Origin: a bacterium
GTDB lineage: Bacteria; UBA8248; JACPRG01; G963555815
Length of the DNA: 64,000 nucleotides
NCBI GenBank assembly: GCA_965261595.1
Contig: CBDHDG010000004.1
Location: forward strand, 256,001 to 320,000
Reading direction: 5' to 3'
How positions within the stretch are numbered: the stretch's first letter is position 1; each line of letters begins with the position of its first letter. Under the pieces are notes generated by a model. It had not been told where the DNA came from. It searched no databases and worked only from the letters and a program-made list of their open reading frames with translations. This document shows, piece after piece, positions 61,856-64,000 of the stretch. A program made the translations under genes and the position numbers.

Positions 61856-62731
61856 ATGAAACCGCCAATCTTCAAATATATACGGGTCGACACCGTCGAG
61901 GCGGCCTTAGCCATCCTGGCCGAGCACGGCGGCGACGCCAAAATTCTGGCCGGCGGACAGAGCCTCGTCCCGATGCTGAACTTCCGCCTCGCCGCGCCTG
62001 CCATCCTCGTGGACATCAACCCCGTGACCAAGCTGGATTACATCCAGGCCGGGAACGGGAGTCTCCGCATCGGCGCGCGGACGCGGCAGCGGACGCTGGA
62101 GTCCTCTCCCGAAGTCGAGGCGAATTGCCCGCTCCTGCGCGCGTGCGCGAAGTGGATCGGCCACACCCAGATCCGCAACCGGGGAACCGTCGGGGGCAGT
62201 CTCGTACACGGCGACCCGACGGCGGAGCTGGCCCTCGTCGCGATGCTCCTGGACGCCGAGATGGTTATCCAAAAGCGGGACGCGACCCGGACCGCCGCGC
62301 CGGCGGACTTCTTCGAAAGCTTCATGACAACGGACATCGCCGAGGATGAGCTCCTCACCGAGGTGAGATTCCCGGCCGCGCTCGCGAAATCGGGCTTCGG
62401 CTTCCGGGAGCTCTGTCTCCGCCACGGCGATTTCGCCGTCGTCGCCGCGGCCGCCCACGTTACCCTCGACGACCAAGGACGGTGCGCCGAAGCGCGCGCG
62501 GCCGTCTCGGGCGCGGGCCCCTCGGCCCTGCGCCTCCGGGGGGCGGAAGCGGCGCTCCGGGGGGGGGACGGGAGTCCCGAGAACCTGGACGACGCTTCGG
62601 AGAGTGTCCCGGCCGAGGTCCATCCGATCCCCGACTTGAAAGGAAGCGAGACCTACCGGCGGGAGATGGCCAAGGTGTTCGTCCGCCGGGCGCTGGAAGA
62701 CGCCTGGACGATGGCGAGGGAGAGTCGTTGA
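61856..62731 (+). CDS. Molybdenum hydroxylase FAD subunit, set 2
   Basis: AGGQSL, IRNRGTVGGS, RHGDFA. Confidence 0.92.
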   Translation: MKPPIFKYIRVDTVEAALAILAEHGGDAKILAGGQSLVPMLNFRLAAPAILVDINPVTKLDYIQAGNGSLRIGARTRQRTLESSPEVEANCPLLRACAKWIGHTQIRNRGTVGGSLVHGDPTAELALVAMLLDAEMVIQKRDATRTAAPADFFESFMTTDIAEDELLTEVRFPAALAKSGFGFRELCLRHGDFAVVAAAAHVTLDDQGRCAEARAAVSGAGPSALRLRGAEAALRGGDGSPENLDDASESVPAEVHPIPDLKGSETYRREMAKVFVRRALEDAWTMARESR

Positions 62732-62732
62732 G

Positions 62733-63239
62733 ATGAACGAAGCGTTTCCCATCCAGGTCCGGGTGAACGGCGTCGAGTACGCCCGGACCGTCGAGCCGCG
62801 CCTCCTGCTCTCCGATTTCCTGCGCGAGGACCTCGGCTTGACGGGGACGCACGTCGGATGCGAGCACGGCATTTGCGGGTGCTGCACCATCCGGGTCGGC
62901 GGCGACACGGTCCGCTCCTGTCTGATGTTCGCCGTTCAGGCGGACGGACTCGAAGTCACGACGATCGAGGGCCTGGCGGACAGCGCCGCGCTTCACCCGA
63001 TCCAGGAGGCCTTCTGGACAAATCACGGGCTTCAGTGCGGGTTCTGCACACCCGGGATGCTCTTCTGCGCGCTCGAGCTTCTCAAAGAGAACCCGGACCC
63101 CTCGGACCGGGAAATCCGGGAGGGGATCTCCGGAACGATCTGCCGTTGCACCGGCTACCACCACATTGTGCTGGCGGTGAAAGATGCCGCCGCCGGATGG
63201 CCGGAGGGGGGGGAGGGGGGGATTCCAGGTAGGGGATGA
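62733..63239 (+). CDS. Molybdenum hydroxylase 2Fe-2S subunit, set 2
   Basis: GCEHGICGCC, QCGFCTPG, CRCTGY. Confidence 0.92.
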   Translation: MNEAFPIQVRVNGVEYARTVEPRLLLSDFLREDLGLTGTHVGCEHGICGCCTIRVGGDTVRSCLMFAVQADGLEVTTIEGLADSAALHPIQEAFWTNHGLQCGFCTPGMLFCALELLKENPDPSDREIREGISGTICRCTGYHHIVLAVKDAAAGWPEGGEGGIPGRG

Positions 63240-63243
63240 CAAC

Positions 63244-64000
63244 GTGAGCCCAAAGGGACAAGCAGAATCCGTTTACTTCGAGCCGGAGATAGAAACGGCG
63301 TCGCGCGAAACGATGCGGCGGATTCAAGAGGAAAAATTCCTGGAGCAGGTCCGCCACGCCTACGCGAACTCCCCCTTCTATCGGAAGAAGATGGACGGGG
63401 CCGGGGTGGAACCGGAAGACGTCCGCTCCCTGGACGACATCGGCAAGCTCCCCTTCACCACCAAGGATGAGCTCAAGGCCGATCAGGCCGAACATCCCCC
63501 CTGGGGGAGCATCCTGGCGGTTCCGTTCGAGGACTGCCTGCGCGTTCATTCGACCTCGGCCACAACGGGCCGCCCGGTCATGTACCTGGACACCGCGTCG
63601 GACTGGGAGGGGTTTTACCGGAGTTACGCCCGGAGCCTGTACGGGATGGGCATCCGCAAGTCCGACATGGTGATGTGCGCCTTCAGCTACGGTCCCTGGA
63701 TCGGATTTTGGGCGGGGTTCTACGCGGCCCAAACCCTCGGCTGCCTCCTGTTCCCGGCGGGCGGATTCACGACCGAGCAGCGGATCGACGCCCTCCTGGC
63801 CTATCCGATCACGGTCCTGGGCTCCACGCCCTCTTACGCCCTGTACATGGCGGAGGAGGCCAAGAAGCGCGGAATCGACCTTGCCAAGGATTCCAAGATC
63901 CGCATCACCTGGCACACGGGCGAGCCGGGCGCGTCCATCCCGGCCACAAAGAAAAAGATCGAAGGGGCCTTCGGGGCGGAGGTGTTCGACCTCCCCGGCC
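63244..64000 (+). CDS. Phenylacetate-CoA ligase (PaaK) family protein (runs off right edge)
   Basis: Hand translation from GTG 63244: YFEPEIET...NSPFYRKK...LPFTTKDEL...HSTSATTGRP...STPSYAL...TGEPG. Confidence 0.85.
   Translation, partial: MSPKGQAESVYFEPEIETASRETMRRIQEEKFLEQVRHAYANSPFYRKKMDGAGVEPEDVRSLDDIGKLPFTTKDELKADQAEHPPWGSILAVPFEDCLRVHSTSATTGRPVMYLDTASDWEGFYRSYARSLYGMGIRKSDMVMCAFSYGPWIGFWAGFYAAQTLGCLLFPAGGFTTEQRIDALLAYPITVLGSTPSYALYMAEEAKKRGIDLAKDSKIRITWHTGEPGASIPATKKKIEGAFGAEVFDLPG

Noticed and set aside
39039..63239. Aerobic CO dehydrogenase (coxLMS)
   Set aside because: Neither large subunit has AYxCSFR or AYRGAGR; context is CoA-dependent catabolism

Overview
High-GC (~65%) bacterial chromosome segment; the taxon cannot be assigned from sequence alone. 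1-14.6 kb is mostly housekeeping: argS (runs off the left edge), recO, era, a LysM lipoprotein, prpE, aspS, a frameshifted comEC, cobB, hisS and fxsA. 14.7-30.6 kb is accessory: an RCK-gated K+ channel split by an IS3-family element, a CGNR Zn-finger/CHASE2 adenylate cyclase/SH3/M48 peptidase operon, a lower-GC sigma54 module (activator, -24/-12 promoter, IHF site, palindromes, three divergent target genes), a second IS3 inserted in a palindrome loop, ssnA-like, a degenerate thermonuclease, cinA-like and ubiE-like genes. 31-64 kb is a (hetero)aromatic-acid catabolic region: an ABC transporter, three CoA ligases, two crotonases, two paralogous three-subunit molybdenum hydroxylases (the second set with its ligase and crotonase resembles furoyl-CoA HmfABCDE), an HmfF-like UbiD decarboxylase, two amidohydrolases, a hydantoinase/oxoprolinase pair coupled to a bactofilin, and an atypical FrdA-like flavoprotein plus stand-alone 2Fe-2S subunit among three EamA paralogs. 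No rRNA, tRNA or CRISPR array was seen. About five genes carry indels (sequencing error or decay). The oddest sequence-level signal is an ~85-bp, very AT-rich but in-frame patch inside argS. Family assignments come from motif recognition and memory, not database searches.
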